Assembly (NCBI RefSeq): GCF_006345805.1
Contig: NW_021832770.1
Coordinates: 1 to 32,653 of the forward strand
DNA: 32,653 bases
Source of the DNA: Octopus sinensis
Lineage: Eukaryota
Reading direction: 5' to 3'
The notes beneath the pieces were generated by a model that did not search any database, had not been told where the DNA came from, and saw only the letters and a program-made list of their open reading frames with translations. Shown one piece after another: positions 11,043 through 22,488 of the stretch. Numbering within the stretch: position 1 is the stretch's first letter; every line of letters starts with the position of its first letter. A program made the translations under genes and the position numbers.

Positions 11043-11406
11043 AAATAGAGAATACCAAACTCATTCCCTATGGATACCGTATTTATTACAGCGAGTGGCT
11101 TGTAAACGTATCTAACGAGCGAAAGTGAGTTAGATACGTTTACAAGCCACTCGTTGTAATAAATACGGTATCCATAGGGAATGAGTTTGGTATTTTATTT
11201 ATTACACACGAATAAACGACCATATTTTATTAACCCAATAACTAAATTCTTCACATCGTGTTTTATGAATGACAAAAGTAGTGCCGTCACCGTGACCTCG
11301 GGTCATCACCATGGATTGACCAATCAGAAGCAGCGCTCGCAGTATCTGACATATGTTAGATACCAAAAATATCTCAAAGTGTTCTTACTCACATGTGTGT
11401 AATAAA
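11043..11406. mobile_element. Palindromic non-autonomous element, Crypton-like architecture
   Basis: Near-perfect inverted repeat of about 70 bp (11043-11200) with loop gagcgaaagtga. Second IR tttattacacac (11198) and gtgtgtaataaa (to 11406). Confidence 0.5.
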
Positions 11407-13050
11407 CCATGTCAATCCATTGCAATAACTACATTTCGAAATGACTACCTTTCGCCTTGATCATAGCCTGTAAACAAGTGGTCACTAAGTTTCATGAACG
11501 ACACCACTTCATCCGACTTGACCCACGAAGACAGAAGAGCTTTTTTCAGATTCGACACATCTGTATACGAGCAAGCAGAAACATTACTCTCCAAGATGGA
11601 CCAGATAGCAAAGTCCATGGGATTGATGTCTAGACTTGATGGAAGCCATACCATTTTGTCCCCCAAACCGCTGAAATCCTCTTTGCACCATCTCTGTGTC
11701 AAATTGGATGTGTGGTCCGGACTTCTGTCTTGAATGAATATGTAAAGGTCATCAAAGATTTCTGTGACCGGGGGTAACACTTTCTCATCCAACATTTCTT
11801 CATAAACTTCACTGTTGATTTTAACGCCAGCATTGATGAAAGGAGACATGGACCCATCAGATGCAACTGCGGCCCACAACCATGAGAGAAGCTGGCCTCT
11901 GACAGCATAAATGACTCCTGCTATCTTTGGGAAAGTCTCCTGTATTACATGCATGAAGCCTATCATTCTGCCTGATGGTAACTTACCTTCACCGTGAAGA
12001 TCTCGTGGACCAATCAACACATCGTTAGCGGCACTCTTCATCTCTGCTAACATCGTTTTATCCCTGTCGAGCCGTTTATTCTTGAAAGCTGCTGAAATTA
12101 TCTGCTGAGATTGTTTCTTGTACGCAGTTACCTTTAAATCCTCTTTAAAAATCTTGTGCATCAACGATTTCGAAATATCAAGAGCTTTTTGCAATTTTTC
12201 TTTAACACCTGCCGAGATTTCGGTTCATTCGCTTCTTCGCAGCTCCAACAGTTTGTTTGGTACGAATTTATCTTTTCCTACGATGAATTGGCTTGCTAGA
12301 GGTAGTATATTTCTTTATTTACCTATAAAAAGGTTTACATATAGGAGACGTTACTAATGGAAGCACTCCGACGACGAGGGTTCCGGTTGATCCGATCAAC
12401 GGAACAGCCTGCTCGTGAAATTAACGTGTAAGTGGCTGAGCACTCCACAGACACGTGTGCCCTTAACGTAGTTCTCGGGGATATTCAGCGTGACACAGAG
12501 AGTGACAAGGTCGGCCCTTTGAAATACAGGTACAACAGAAACAGAAAGTAAGAGTGAGAGAAAGTTGTGGTGAAAGAGTACAGCAGGGATCACCACCATC
12601 CCCTGCCGGAGCCTCGTGGAACTTTTAGGTGTTTTCGCTCAATAAACACTCACAACGCCCGGTCTGGGAATCGAAACCGCGATCCTACAACCGCGAGTCC
12701 GCTGCCCTAACCACTGGGCCATTGCGCCTCCGGAGACGTTACAAGGACACTTGCTTGAGGTAGTAGCAGACTCCATATATACCATTTCCAGGTATTGAAC
12801 ACTGTTTTACATTACACATTCAACTCTTTTCTTATGTCCCCTGTTGCTCACTCCAGCTGTTTTCAAAGCAACAATACGGTCACGTTTTGCTTTCTACGCC
12901 ATGTTTGTTTACTAACCATTTACAGACGAACGAAGCAATAGACACACGAACAAAAGACATATGCAAATCTTCGTGTAAAATGTTGATTACCTGAACTGAT
13001 ATTCTTTAAGAAAAGTTTAAAATATGGGTAAATTTTTCTGGTACACCATG
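11407..13050 (-). mobile_element. Decayed maT-type (DD37D) transposon carrying nested retroposon insertions
   Basis: ORF 11445-12194 has IQDRSPDH...WLPSSLDINPMDFAIW (37 aa between the Ds). N-terminus MA.KAKRDRIVAL at about 12902. Terminus catggtgtaccagaaaaatttacc flanked by TA at 13051. The other TIR was not found. Confidence 0.85.
12355..12731 (-). mobile_element. SINE family C, full length, with 11-bp TSD
   Basis: tRNA-like head ggaggcgcaatggcccagtggttagggcagcgg...gtttcgattccc. TSD GGAGACGTTAC at 12344-12354 and 12732-12742. Confidence 0.92.
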
Positions 13051-13089
13051 TACATAGCATTGATAACAACTGTGTTTTCTTATTTCTTA

Positions 13090-13492
13090 TTTCTTTATTG
13101 GCCACAATGGGCTAGACAGAGGGGAGAAACAAGGACAAAGGGATTAAGTCGATTATATCGGCCCCAGTGCGTAACTGGTACTTAATTTATCGACCACGAA
13201 AGGATGAAAGACAAAGTCGACCTCGGCGGAATTTGAACTCAGAATGTAGTGACAGACGAAATACCTATTTCTTTATTACCCCCAAGGGGCGAAACATAGA
13301 AGGGACAAACAAGGACAGACATAGGTATTAAGTCGATTACATCGACCCCAGTGCGTACTTATTTAATCGACCCCGAAAGGATAAAAGGCAAAGTCGACCT
13401 CGGCAGAATTTGAACTCAGAACGTAGTGACAGACGAAATACCACTAAGCATTTCGCCCGGCGTGCTAACGATTCTGCCAACTCGCTGCCTTA
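13090..13492 (-). mobile_element. Two tandem SINE family B copies
   Basis: Repeated gccgaggtcgactttgcctttcatcc...gtcgat core and ...aataaagaaata tails. The head is present only in the right copy. Confidence 0.9.
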
Positions 13493-13559
13493 AATAACAA
13501 CTATGTTTTCTGTGTTGTTTTTGTTTATGGACAAACTTAGATATCGAAGACACACGCAC

Positions 13560-13633
13560 ACACGACGGGCTTCTTTCAGTTTCCGTCTCCCAAACCCACT
13601 CACAAGGCTTTGGTCAGCCTGAGACTATAGTGG
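13560..13633 (-). mobile_element. SINE family A fragment
   Basis: gacgggcttctttcagtttccgtc...cacaaggctttggtc. Confidence 0.8.
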
Positions 13634-13759
13634 AAAGGTAGTTGTTCGGTTTAGGGATATATAAAAGAGAATAAAAATTAAGGGGGAGATAAGTAGTAAA
13701 AAAAAGCAAAAGGACATAACTTAGGAACATAAACAAGTCAACTTAAAGATGTTTGGCCG

Positions 13760-14072
13760 TTCTTTACTTAGCCAAACATGTATGTGGTTGCTCACTGAAA
13801 TGTGAATTATTTTTAGATTCTTGTTGAATCTTTTCCTCCTAATGGCTTCTTTAAATTCAGGACCTCAATGTTCCACTAAATTGTTTTCTCAGTACAGATA
13901 ATCAAGGAAAAAGACAACCTTGAGAGCTTTCAAATCAGTCCCCAAAACCGGTTCTGTGTTGATCACTTGTGCCTGAACTTAGGCCTTGTAGAAGCGGTAT
14001 AACACCACTCCATGAGCTGAGTCTTTCTGGATCATAAAGATACATCAACATTTCATCTCCTGCCACCAGACT
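13760..14072 (-). mobile_element. Highly decayed mariner transposase fragment
   Basis: LVAGDEMLMYLYDPE (compare IVTGDETWVYHYDPE) followed by remnants FLDYL and KEAIRRKR. Confidence 0.65.
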
Positions 14073-14475
14073 GAGAATAAAAAAAGAAGCACGGTAACGA
14101 TAACAGGTTGGGTTGAGTAAGGGGACCCAGATGCAGAGTGGGTCAATCATATGGCCATAGAAGCTTATTAAAAAAAACAAAAACACTTGCTGAAGCACAA
14201 CCTCGAATTTAAGTGCCAAGGTGCAGAAAGGTAATTCCCCCACCCCGTCCCACTCTATAAATCGAATCCTACTCCCCCGCCCACCCATCCCTGGAAGGTT
14301 TGCACTCAAGAACCTTGATCCTGAACTTTGATATGTTAGAAGACAGAAATATGGCCACTTCAGTGGGATTTCTTTGTTGTGTAAAACTTAAACTAGAGAT
14401 GTTAGGAGAATTCAAAGAATGCTTTTATCTCAACTGAGAGTCGTTATGGTGCTGCTCCTGCTCGATAACAAGGAA

Positions 14476-14677
<202 letters not shown>

Positions 14678-14749
14678 TTTTATGATGACGATCATGATAA
14701 AATAGCAATTGTAATAATGAACAAAAGACATTATAAATCTATATGATCA

Positions 14750-15205
14750 CTACTACCATCACCACCACTGCTGCTGCTGCTGCCGCCAGCAACAACAATA
14801 ACAACCACGATAACAACAACAACAACAACAACAACAGTAGCAGCAGCAGCAAGAACACAAATGATCTTTGATCGTAGAACTGTTTCACTGGGGCCAAACC
14901 TGGGCCTAAATACTGATACCACCACCACCGCCACCACCACCACCACCACCACCACCACCACCACCACCACCATCACAACCATCACCACCACCACCACCAC
15001 CGCCACCACCACCATCACCACCACCACCACCACCACCACCACCACACCACCACCACCACCACCACCACCACCACCACCACCACCACCACCACCACCACCA
15101 ATACCACCACCACCACCACCACCACCACCACTACCACCACCACCAATACCACCACCACCACTACCACCACCACCACCACCACCACCATCATCACTACCAT
15201 TACTG
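14750..15205. repeat. Compound (CAC)/(CTG)/(CAA)/(CAG) tract and long (CCA)n microsatellite
   Basis: Direct reading. The main (CCA)n run spans about 14919-15200. Confidence 0.95.
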
Positions 15206-16425
15206 CTGTCTCCACCCTTGACAACAATTGCAACATTACAACCCAGGAAGGATTAAATGACCGTAACCAGGCCTGTGCATACACTTTTGATAGACAGAAG
15301 CTAATCCTCAAATAACCCATTTTGATAAAGAATGAATAGGTTCCAGCTAATCCAAGGATATGTACGCTTTACTGCTGGTGGTCTGTAATGAAATTGTTGT
15401 AAATCTTGTGAAGTAATTGATTTGGAAGAGAGTAGACAGTCTAAAGGGAGTCTAATTTGGAGAAAGACTGTGGCTAATTCATAGAAAGACCAACTAACCT
15501 ATCAACAACTGATTAATCTGTTTTAAATACAACCAAAGTGACAACACCATTTTCTGTTTCTGCTACGTTTTTAAGGACGCAGGATAAAAACCACTTTTGT
15601 ATACTTTGCTGAATTTCACGTTACCGACTTTGGCATGAACTCATCAATGGATTAATTCTTGTGAACAAACGCAGACAGTCTGTTACGATTTTAGTTTTGG
15701 ATTTACCCTAAATTTTACCTTATGATATTTAGGTTTTGGATGAACAGTAGATGAAATTGTTGGGGTTAAAGACCTTTTGGTGAACTGTTTGGCAAAGTGG
15801 GAATTAGTCTATGAACAGAAAGTGGGGGCTGTGGGTAATTTAGTAAAGTGAGAATAGTCTAGGAATAGAGTGACCATCTTCCTCTGGGTTCCTAAACTTT
15901 TACTCTACGGTAATTAGATTTTAGATGAACCGTGGATAAAATTTATTGAGGTTAAAAGTCTCTTGATAAACTGTTTGATCTAGTGGGAATTAATCTGTGG
16001 GTAGAATACAAGATAACTAAAAGATAGAAAATATGTAGTTAATCTGTGGATTATCTATGGATAAACTGCTGTTTCTACGTATTGTAATTTGTTGATAAAT
16101 AATGAGCGGATTAGGGATAACGTAAGAAGTGGTAGCAAATAATAATCTGTAACTTGATAAACAGTTAATATACTGAATAATTTGTGGTTAAAATTGGATT
16201 TAAAAACTTGGGGATGAACCATTGTTTAATCTAGGGTTACAGGGTTTTAGAATATCAAGACAGGGGTCTTTTGAACAAAGAAAATACTTAGTTATAAGGG
16301 CCCTTTGATTTATTTGTTATTTTTAAAGGGTGGTTTTGGCATTGTTTTTTAGTCTTACAAAATATTTTAGACAATTTGCCCCCCCCCCCCACAAACAAAT
16401 AAATAACAGAAGCCCAGAAAGAAAA

Positions 16426-16727
16426 ATGGGATCAGCATCGAATGCATCTGAGAATATTTTTGACCGACATAAGCTTGTGGTGGCACGGTGCATGTTTTAT
16501 TTGAACGGTGACCGACATTTTGCTGGTAAAAATATTCTTTACAATCAAAAGAAATTCCCCTCTTGGGAATCGGTTTTGGTACACCTGACTGATACCTTGG
16601 CACCACAATTTGGTAAAATCCAACGAATTTACACACCCAACACTGGCACCAGAATTCTTACTCCATCATTATTGGAAACAAATAAGTGCTACGTGGCATC
16701 AAATTCCAAAAAGTTCAGCAAAATAAA
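16426..16727 (+). CDS. First coding exon of a doublecortin-domain protein (DCDC2-like)
   Basis: MGSASN...FYLNGDRHFAGKNILYNQKKFPSWESVLVHLTDTLAPQFGKIQRIYTPNTGTRI...CYVASNSKKFSKI matches DCX signatures (Y.NGD.F.G, FG.V..IYTP.TG.RI, YVA). Ends at the canonical donor AA|gtaagt, phase 2. Confidence 0.88.
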
Positions 16728-16801
16728 GTAAGTAAAAGATTAATTTTTTAGATTTTTTGTTTTAATATTTTGTTTTTTAATTAATATTCTGATACAGTTC
16801 T

Positions 16802-16982
16802 TATATTTAAGAGATGAAGAATTATGTACATTATTTACATTATTTACATTTGACAGATATTTGTCCTCATCTTGTTTGTTGTTAACACAACGTTTCGGCT
16901 GGTATACCCTCCAGCCTTCTTCAGGTGTCTTGGGGAAATTTCAAACCTGGGTTCTCATTCCTAAGGTATTTTTTCGTTGTTG

Positions 16983-17055
<73 letters not shown>

Positions 17056-17100
17056 TGTCACTGCCTGGAATCGAGCTCGGAATCTTGGGGTTAGTAGCCA
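16802..17100 (-). mobile_element. SINE family D copy 1 (5'-clipped tRNA head, internal (TAA)n, hammerhead-containing tail)
   Basis: Reverse complement of 17125-17383. Confidence 0.88.
16884..16929 (-). ncRNA. Minimal type I hammerhead ribozyme motif
   Basis: gacac-CTGAAGA-a-ggctgg(agggtata)ccagcc-GAAA-cg-TT-gtgtt: conserved core, 6-bp stem II, palindromic AACGTT stem III, 5-bp stem I. Confidence 0.65.
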
Positions 17101-17124
17101 TTCTGAGTTCGATTCCAGGTAGTG

Positions 17125-17194
17125 GGCACACGGTGTAGTGGTTAAGAGCGTGGGCTACCAACGCCAAGATTCTGAGTTCGATTCCAGGCAGTGA

Positions 17195-17241
<47 letters not shown>

Positions 17242-17383
17242 TAAAAATATACCTTAGGAATGAGAACCCAGGTTCAAAATTTCACCCAAGACACCTGATG
17301 AAGGCTGAAGGGTATATCAGCTGAAATGTTGTGTTAACAACTAACAAGATGAGGACAAATATCCGTCAAATGTAAATAATGTA
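17125..17383 (+). mobile_element. SINE family D copy 2
   Basis: Head gggcacacggtgtagtggttaagagcgtgggc...gagttcgattcc (A and B boxes), (TAA)n, tail with CTGATGA...GAAA. Confidence 0.88.
17290..17335 (+). ncRNA. Minimal hammerhead ribozyme motif (second copy, slightly decayed)
   Basis: gacac-CTGATGA-a-ggctga(agggtata)tcagct-GAAA-tg-TT-gtgtt. Confidence 0.55.
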
Positions 17384-17407
17384 TTATTATGATGTTAGAC
17401 AAGACAG

Positions 17408-17625
17408 TTATAATTGACTTATCCCCTCTTATTATCGACTTGTCCCCTCTTGTAATCGACTTGTCCCCTCTTATAATCAACTTACCCTTCTTATAATTGA
17501 CTCGTCTCCTCTCCACTTCTCCCCTCTTATAATTGACTTGTCCCCTCACCACTTATTCCCTCTTATAATCGACTTGTGCACTTTTATTATCGACTTGTCC
17601 CCTTCTAAATTGACTCATTCCTCCC
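17408..17625. repeat. About 21-bp minisatellite (ttataatcgacttgtcccctc)n
   Basis: About 10 diverged units, running into a SINE-B-type tail (ggccttgtgccaaaatttg). Confidence 0.9.
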
Positions 17626-17679
17626 CCGAAACCACTGGCCTTGTGCCAAAATTTGGAACCAATAATTGAGAGAGAGAAG

Positions 17680-18007
17680 TAAGGTAGCAAGATGGCAGAA
17701 TGGTTAACATGTTGGGCTTTGTCCATCTTAACATCCTGTGTTCAAATTCTATCAGGGTCGATTTTGCATTTCATCCTTTCGGGATTGATAAAACGAGGAC
17801 ACTGGAGATGATGTAATCGATTCCACCCCTCTCTTGAAATTGCGTGGCTGTGTGGTAAGTAGCTTGTTTACCAACCACATGGTTCCGGGTTCAGTCCCAC
17901 TGCGTGGCACCTTAGGCAAGTGTCTTCTACTCTAGCCTCGGGCCAACCAAAGTCTTGTGAGTGGATTTGGTAGACAGAAACTGAAAGAAGCCCGTCGTAT
18001 ATATGTA

Positions 18008-18046
<39 letters not shown>

Positions 18047-18330
18047 TATATATTATATATATATATATATGTATGTATGTGTATGTGTGTGTGTTTGTGT
18101 CTGTGCTTGTCCCCCTAGCATTGCTTGACAACCAATGCTGGTATGTTTATGTCCCCGTCACTTAGCGGTCCGGCAAAAGAGACCGATAGAATAAGTACTG
18201 GGCTTACAAAGAATAAGTCCCGGGGTCGAGTTGCTCGATTAAAGACAGTGCTCCAGCATGGCCACAGTCACATGACTGAAACAAGTAAAATAGTAAAAGA
18301 GTAAAAGAAAGTGTCAAAATTTGAAAACGC
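17680..18330 (+). mobile_element. SINE family B variant (17680-17841) interrupted by a full SINE family A copy (17842-18308)
   Basis: B head aaggtagcaagatggcagaa..gggtcgattttgcatttcatcctttcgg, then the A copy. The B tail resumes at about 18310 (gtgtcaaaatttgaaaac). Confidence 0.85.
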
Positions 18331-18349
18331 TGTTATGATGGGGAAAGTG

Positions 18350-18828
18350 CATAGACTAAGGGTTAAAGCTGTTGCACTCACAATCACAAGATAATGGTTT
18401 CAATTCCAACACTGGTAGTACAATGTGTTCTTGAGCAAACCTCTTCATTTGACATTGCTTCAGTCCACTCAGCTGTAAAGAGGCCACCCAGCAACAGACT
18501 GGTGCCCCATTCATGCAAAATGTTGGTCTGCTCTCTTTGTCAATGGAGTAGCAACATTCAAGAGCTACAACAACACAGAGTAAAGACACCCTAGAAAGTT
18601 CCCCTGTGAGGCACAAGTCTGGGCAAGGTTGCTTATAGAAGACCAGCAGTCATTCATGCATACCAGCTTCCCAACTCCATGCCACTGAGGTCACCCAAGG
18701 GAAAGGCAAAGGGGCCGATACAGCTTGGCATCAATGACATCACAACACATTTCCACAGCTGAGTGAACTGGAGCAACGTGAAATAAAGTGTCTTGCTCAA
18801 GAATACAACACACTGCCCAGTCTAGGAA
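18350..18828. mobile_element. SINE family G remnants: + strand head (about 18350-18490) and - strand copy (18588-18828)
   Basis: Shared tgtgttcttgagcaa...cactcagctgt motif and match to 10315-10655. Confidence 0.75.
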
Positions 18829-18841
18829 TCATGTATGTATG

Positions 18842-18874
<33 letters not shown>

Positions 18875-18881
18875 TATATAT

Positions 18882-19089
18882 ACTCTTTACTCTTTTACTT
18901 GTTTCAGTCATTTGACTGTGGCCATGCTGGAGCATCACCTTTAGTTGAACAAATCGACCCCAGGACTTATTCTTTGTAAGCCTAGTACTTATTCCATCGG
19001 TCTCTTTTGCCGAACCGCTAAGTGACGGGGACGTAAACACACCAGCATCGGTTGTCAAGCGATGTTGGGGGACAAACACAGACACACAA

Positions 19090-19121
<32 letters not shown>

Positions 19122-19281
19122 GACGGGCTTCTTTCAGTAGTTTCCATCTACCAAATCCACTCACAAGGCTTTGGTCGGTCCGAGGCTATAGTAGAAGACA
19201 CTTGCCCAAGGTGCCACACAGTGGGACTGAACCCATGACCATGTGGTTGGTAAGCAAGCTACTTACCACACAGCCACTCCT
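18882..19281 (-). mobile_element. SINE family A, full length
   Basis: Matches 9572-9985. Confidence 0.92.
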
Positions 19282-19789
19282 GCACCTTAACCTATCTATA
19301 TGCATTCAATGCTGCTGTGAAATTAGACCCTCTCTTTGAGAGGCTTACAGGAATGACATGGAACTGATCTGCTCTTTATTGCTTCCCAATTCCTGTCTTA
19401 CCTATTATGTATTCTCTGTGATAATATCAATTATTCTGTTTGTGACGATGTCTGCCCTAATGAAGGCTACGCTTTCAAAGGGAAATAACTTCGTCATCAC
19501 CTCGACTGTTATTTCTCGCTTTGGTAGTCAGACAGGCTGAGGGCTGAGAGTAAGAGAGCAAAAAAGGGAGAGAGAGAGAGAGAAGAGGTAACAAATGTAT
19601 TGGGGGAGGTGACCGTGATGAAAGAGGATAGACAATAAAAGGAGGAGGAGGCAGAGGAGGAGAAATGAACCATATGCAAGCATCTCTGCCCTACAAAAAA
19701 GTTAATTACCTTTGTCAACCTTGCGGTGAAGAAGCTCATAAGTCAGTCCCTCCAGGCCTCCCTGTAACTGCAAAAATAATAAAAAAAAA

Positions 19790-20545
19790 AACTTGGGAGT
19801 TGCAAGAACCTGGGGTAGCAGCTGAAGTCCCTAAATATCACCAAGGCCGGATATTGTGTTGATCTCAGAAACATCCAAACAATGCTTCCGTTAGAACTCC
19901 CTGTTTCCTAGGAGGGCCAGAGTGAGGAGACAAACGAGGCTGGGAGCTTATGGAGTTACACCAAAGCAATGGTTAGCAAAAAAGGTGGGATACAGACGGT
20001 TTGCAGGCCAGGCCTTAATGGCAGAGCTTATATCATGCTGGGCATCACAGGAGCCAGTAGGCAAAAGGCTATCAGGTTGTCTTTGGAGGTAGCTGAGAAG
20101 GACATTATATTTCTTTACTGCCCACAAGGGACTACACACAGAGGGAACAAACAAGGACAGACAAACGGGTTAAGTCGATTATATCAACCCCAGAGCATAA
20201 CTGGTACTTATTTAATCGACCCCGAAAGGATGAAAGGCAAAGTCGACCTCGGCGGAATTTGAACTCAGAACGCAACGGCAGACAAAATGCGGCTACGCAT
20301 TTCGCCCGGCGTGCTAACGTTTCTGCCAGCTCGCCGCCTGAGAAGGACATTAGGTTGTCTGTGGAGGTAACTCCAGGTGATTGTGGATTAGGTATGAGCC
20401 CTGGAAGGAGCAGTGCTACCAGAGGTAGAGCTAGAAGCTGGGGTTTGATCAATCCCAGCTGAGCCAATTGGGTGAGGGTGTTTGATACTGATAAACCTGT
20501 AACACTTAATGACCACAGGAAATCTCACAGATAATGTGGCTGAGT
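19790..20545 (+). mobile_element. 3' fragment of a Hero-like (R2 superfamily, RLE endonuclease) non-LTR retrotransposon
   Basis: RPDIVLISETSKQ..LELPVS*E (PD...ELTVPWE-type RLE motif) and RAYIMLGITGASRQKAIR...AEK, followed by a 3' UTR. Interrupted by SINE B. Confidence 0.75.
20108..20337 (-). mobile_element. SINE family B, full length, 15-bp TSD
   Basis: TSD CTGAGAAGGACATTA at 20093-20107 and 20338-20352. Confidence 0.93.
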
Positions 20546-20657
20546 ATCTCACTGGAGGATGTATGGAAAAATTACTGTTACTATAAGTGTGTAGGGTCTG
20601 CAGTTGGTAGTCGTAGCTCCCACGGATATATAAACAATGAAAAACATATACTGAACA

Positions 20658-20817
20658 GGCATGGCTGTGTGGTAAGAAGCTTGCTTCCCAACCACATGGT
20701 TCTGGGTTCAGTACCACTGCTTGGCACTTAGGAAAAGTGTCTTCTGCTATGAGTGGATGTAGTAGACGGAAACAGAAAGAAGCCCATCATATAGATATGT
20801 ATGTGTGTGTGTGTGTG

Positions 20818-20895
<78 letters not shown>

Positions 20896-21125
20896 GTGTG
20901 TATGTCTTTGTGACTGTGTTTGTCCCCCCACCATCACTTGACAACTGATGTTGGTGTGTTATGTCTCTGAAACTTAGCGATTTGGCAAAAGAGACTGATA
21001 GAATAAGCACTAGGCTTACAAGGAATAAGTCCTGGGGTAGATTTCTTTGACTAACAAAATACCTTCAGGGCAGTCCTCCAACGTGGCTGCAGTCAAATGA
21101 CTGAAATATGTAAAAGAGTCAAAGA
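20658..21125 (+). mobile_element. SINE family A with expanded internal (TG)/(TA) tract
   Basis: Family match from head to tail. Confidence 0.9.
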
Positions 21126-21142
21126 ATATATATATATATATA

Positions 21143-21472
21143 TATACAAATTGAGATAGGGGTTGTAAATGCAACCCTCCATGGGATAACATATATCCAA
21201 TATACTGCTAGTGAAGTACCCAACAAAGTTAATACATAAATGTTAAGGATTGCGATGCAATCAATTCATTTACTGTATTATATGGGCAAAGGTAAAATGA
21301 TTTACCACAAATTACTAATAGAAGATAAGAAAATGGAGAAATACATCTAAATCAAATATCAATTACCAGATAATACTCAATCACATACTTTATTAAACCA
21401 CCAAAGTATGTGATTGAGTATTATCTGGTAATTGATATTTGATTTAGATGTATTTCTCCATTTTCTTATCTT
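21143..21472. mobile_element. Repeat family F copy 1, ending in a perfect 70-bp inverted duplication
   Basis: 21143-21400 is nearly identical to 30372-30630. Arms at 21322-21391 and 21403-21472. Flanked by (TA)n. Confidence 0.8.
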
Positions 21473-21591
21473 GTATATATATATTTATATATCCCTCTCT
21501 CTCTTTCGGAGAGGCACAAGCACCTACACGCATATATACACACACGGCAGTAACTTCCGCCTGCCGAATTCAATCACCATATATATATATA

Positions 21592-21625
<34 letters not shown>

Positions 21626-21635
21626 GTATGTATCG

Positions 21636-21946
21636 TTTATCTTTTACTTGTTTTAGTCATTAGAATGTGGCCATGCTGGAGCAGCGCCTTATTAGTTAAA
21701 TGAATTGACTGCAATACTTTATTTTTCTTTTCAACCTGGTACGCATTTTGTTTGTCTCTTTTGCCAAACAACTAAGTTACAGGAATGTAAACACACCAAC
21801 ACTGGTTGTCAAGTGCTGGTGGTGGACAAACACAAGCTCATACAGACACACACAAGGCTTTGGGAGGCCTGAGGCTTATAGCTAAGGACACTTGCCCAAG
21901 GTGCCATGCAGTGGGACTGAACCTGGAACTCTGTGGTTGGGAAGCA
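21636..21946 (-). mobile_element. SINE family A, internally deleted
   Basis: Family match. Confidence 0.85.
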
Positions 21947-21947
21947 T

Positions 21948-22157
21948 GCCCTCAGCAGTCATGGCCCATGATTCACTGCTGTGTAACATGGCAGTTCGCA
22001 TACATGCATCATGCAGTCTACCTTCCATCCTGAGCGAGAGGCCCTTAGTTGCCAGCAGAAGTAGGAGCTCCCTGAACTTTGCTCAGGCTATCCTTATTCT
22101 AGCTGCTGCACTCTCAGAGCAACCAACCCCACTACAGACTTGGTCACCTAGGTAACA
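21948..22157 (-). mobile_element. RTE-clade LINE fragment (post-RT region)
   Basis: CYLGDQVCSGVGCSESAAARIRIA*AKFRELL...GRLHDACMRTAMLHSSESW. Confidence 0.8.
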
Positions 22158-22195
22158 GATATATATATATATATATATATATGCATGTGTGTGTA

Positions 22196-22408
22196 TATGG
22201 TTGTGTATCTCTGTTTGTCCCCCCAACATCACTTGACAACTGATGCTGGTGTGTTTATATCCCTGTAATTTAGCGGTTTGGTAAAAGAGACCGATAGAAT
22301 AAGTACTAGGCTTACAAAGAATAAGTTCTGGGGCTGATTTGTTCAACTAAAGGCAGTGCTCCAGCATGGCCATAGTCAAATGACTGAAACAAATAAAAGA
22401 GTAAAGGA
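22196..22408 (+). mobile_element. SINE family A, 3' half
   Basis: Family match. Confidence 0.85.
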
Positions 22409-22425
22409 ATATATGTGTGTGTGTA

Positions 22426-22470
<45 letters not shown>

Positions 22471-22488
22471 ATGTATGTATATGTCATG

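Noticed and set aside
17125-17195. tRNA gene calls at SINE heads (also about 10590-10655, 12660-12731 and 22800-22874)
   Set aside because: Each continues into a multi-copy SINE body and lacks a complete cloverleaf and terminator.
17408-17625. CRISPR-like array (also 26964-27222)
   Set aside because: Contiguous degenerate tandem units without unique spacers, in a eukaryotic context with no cas genes.
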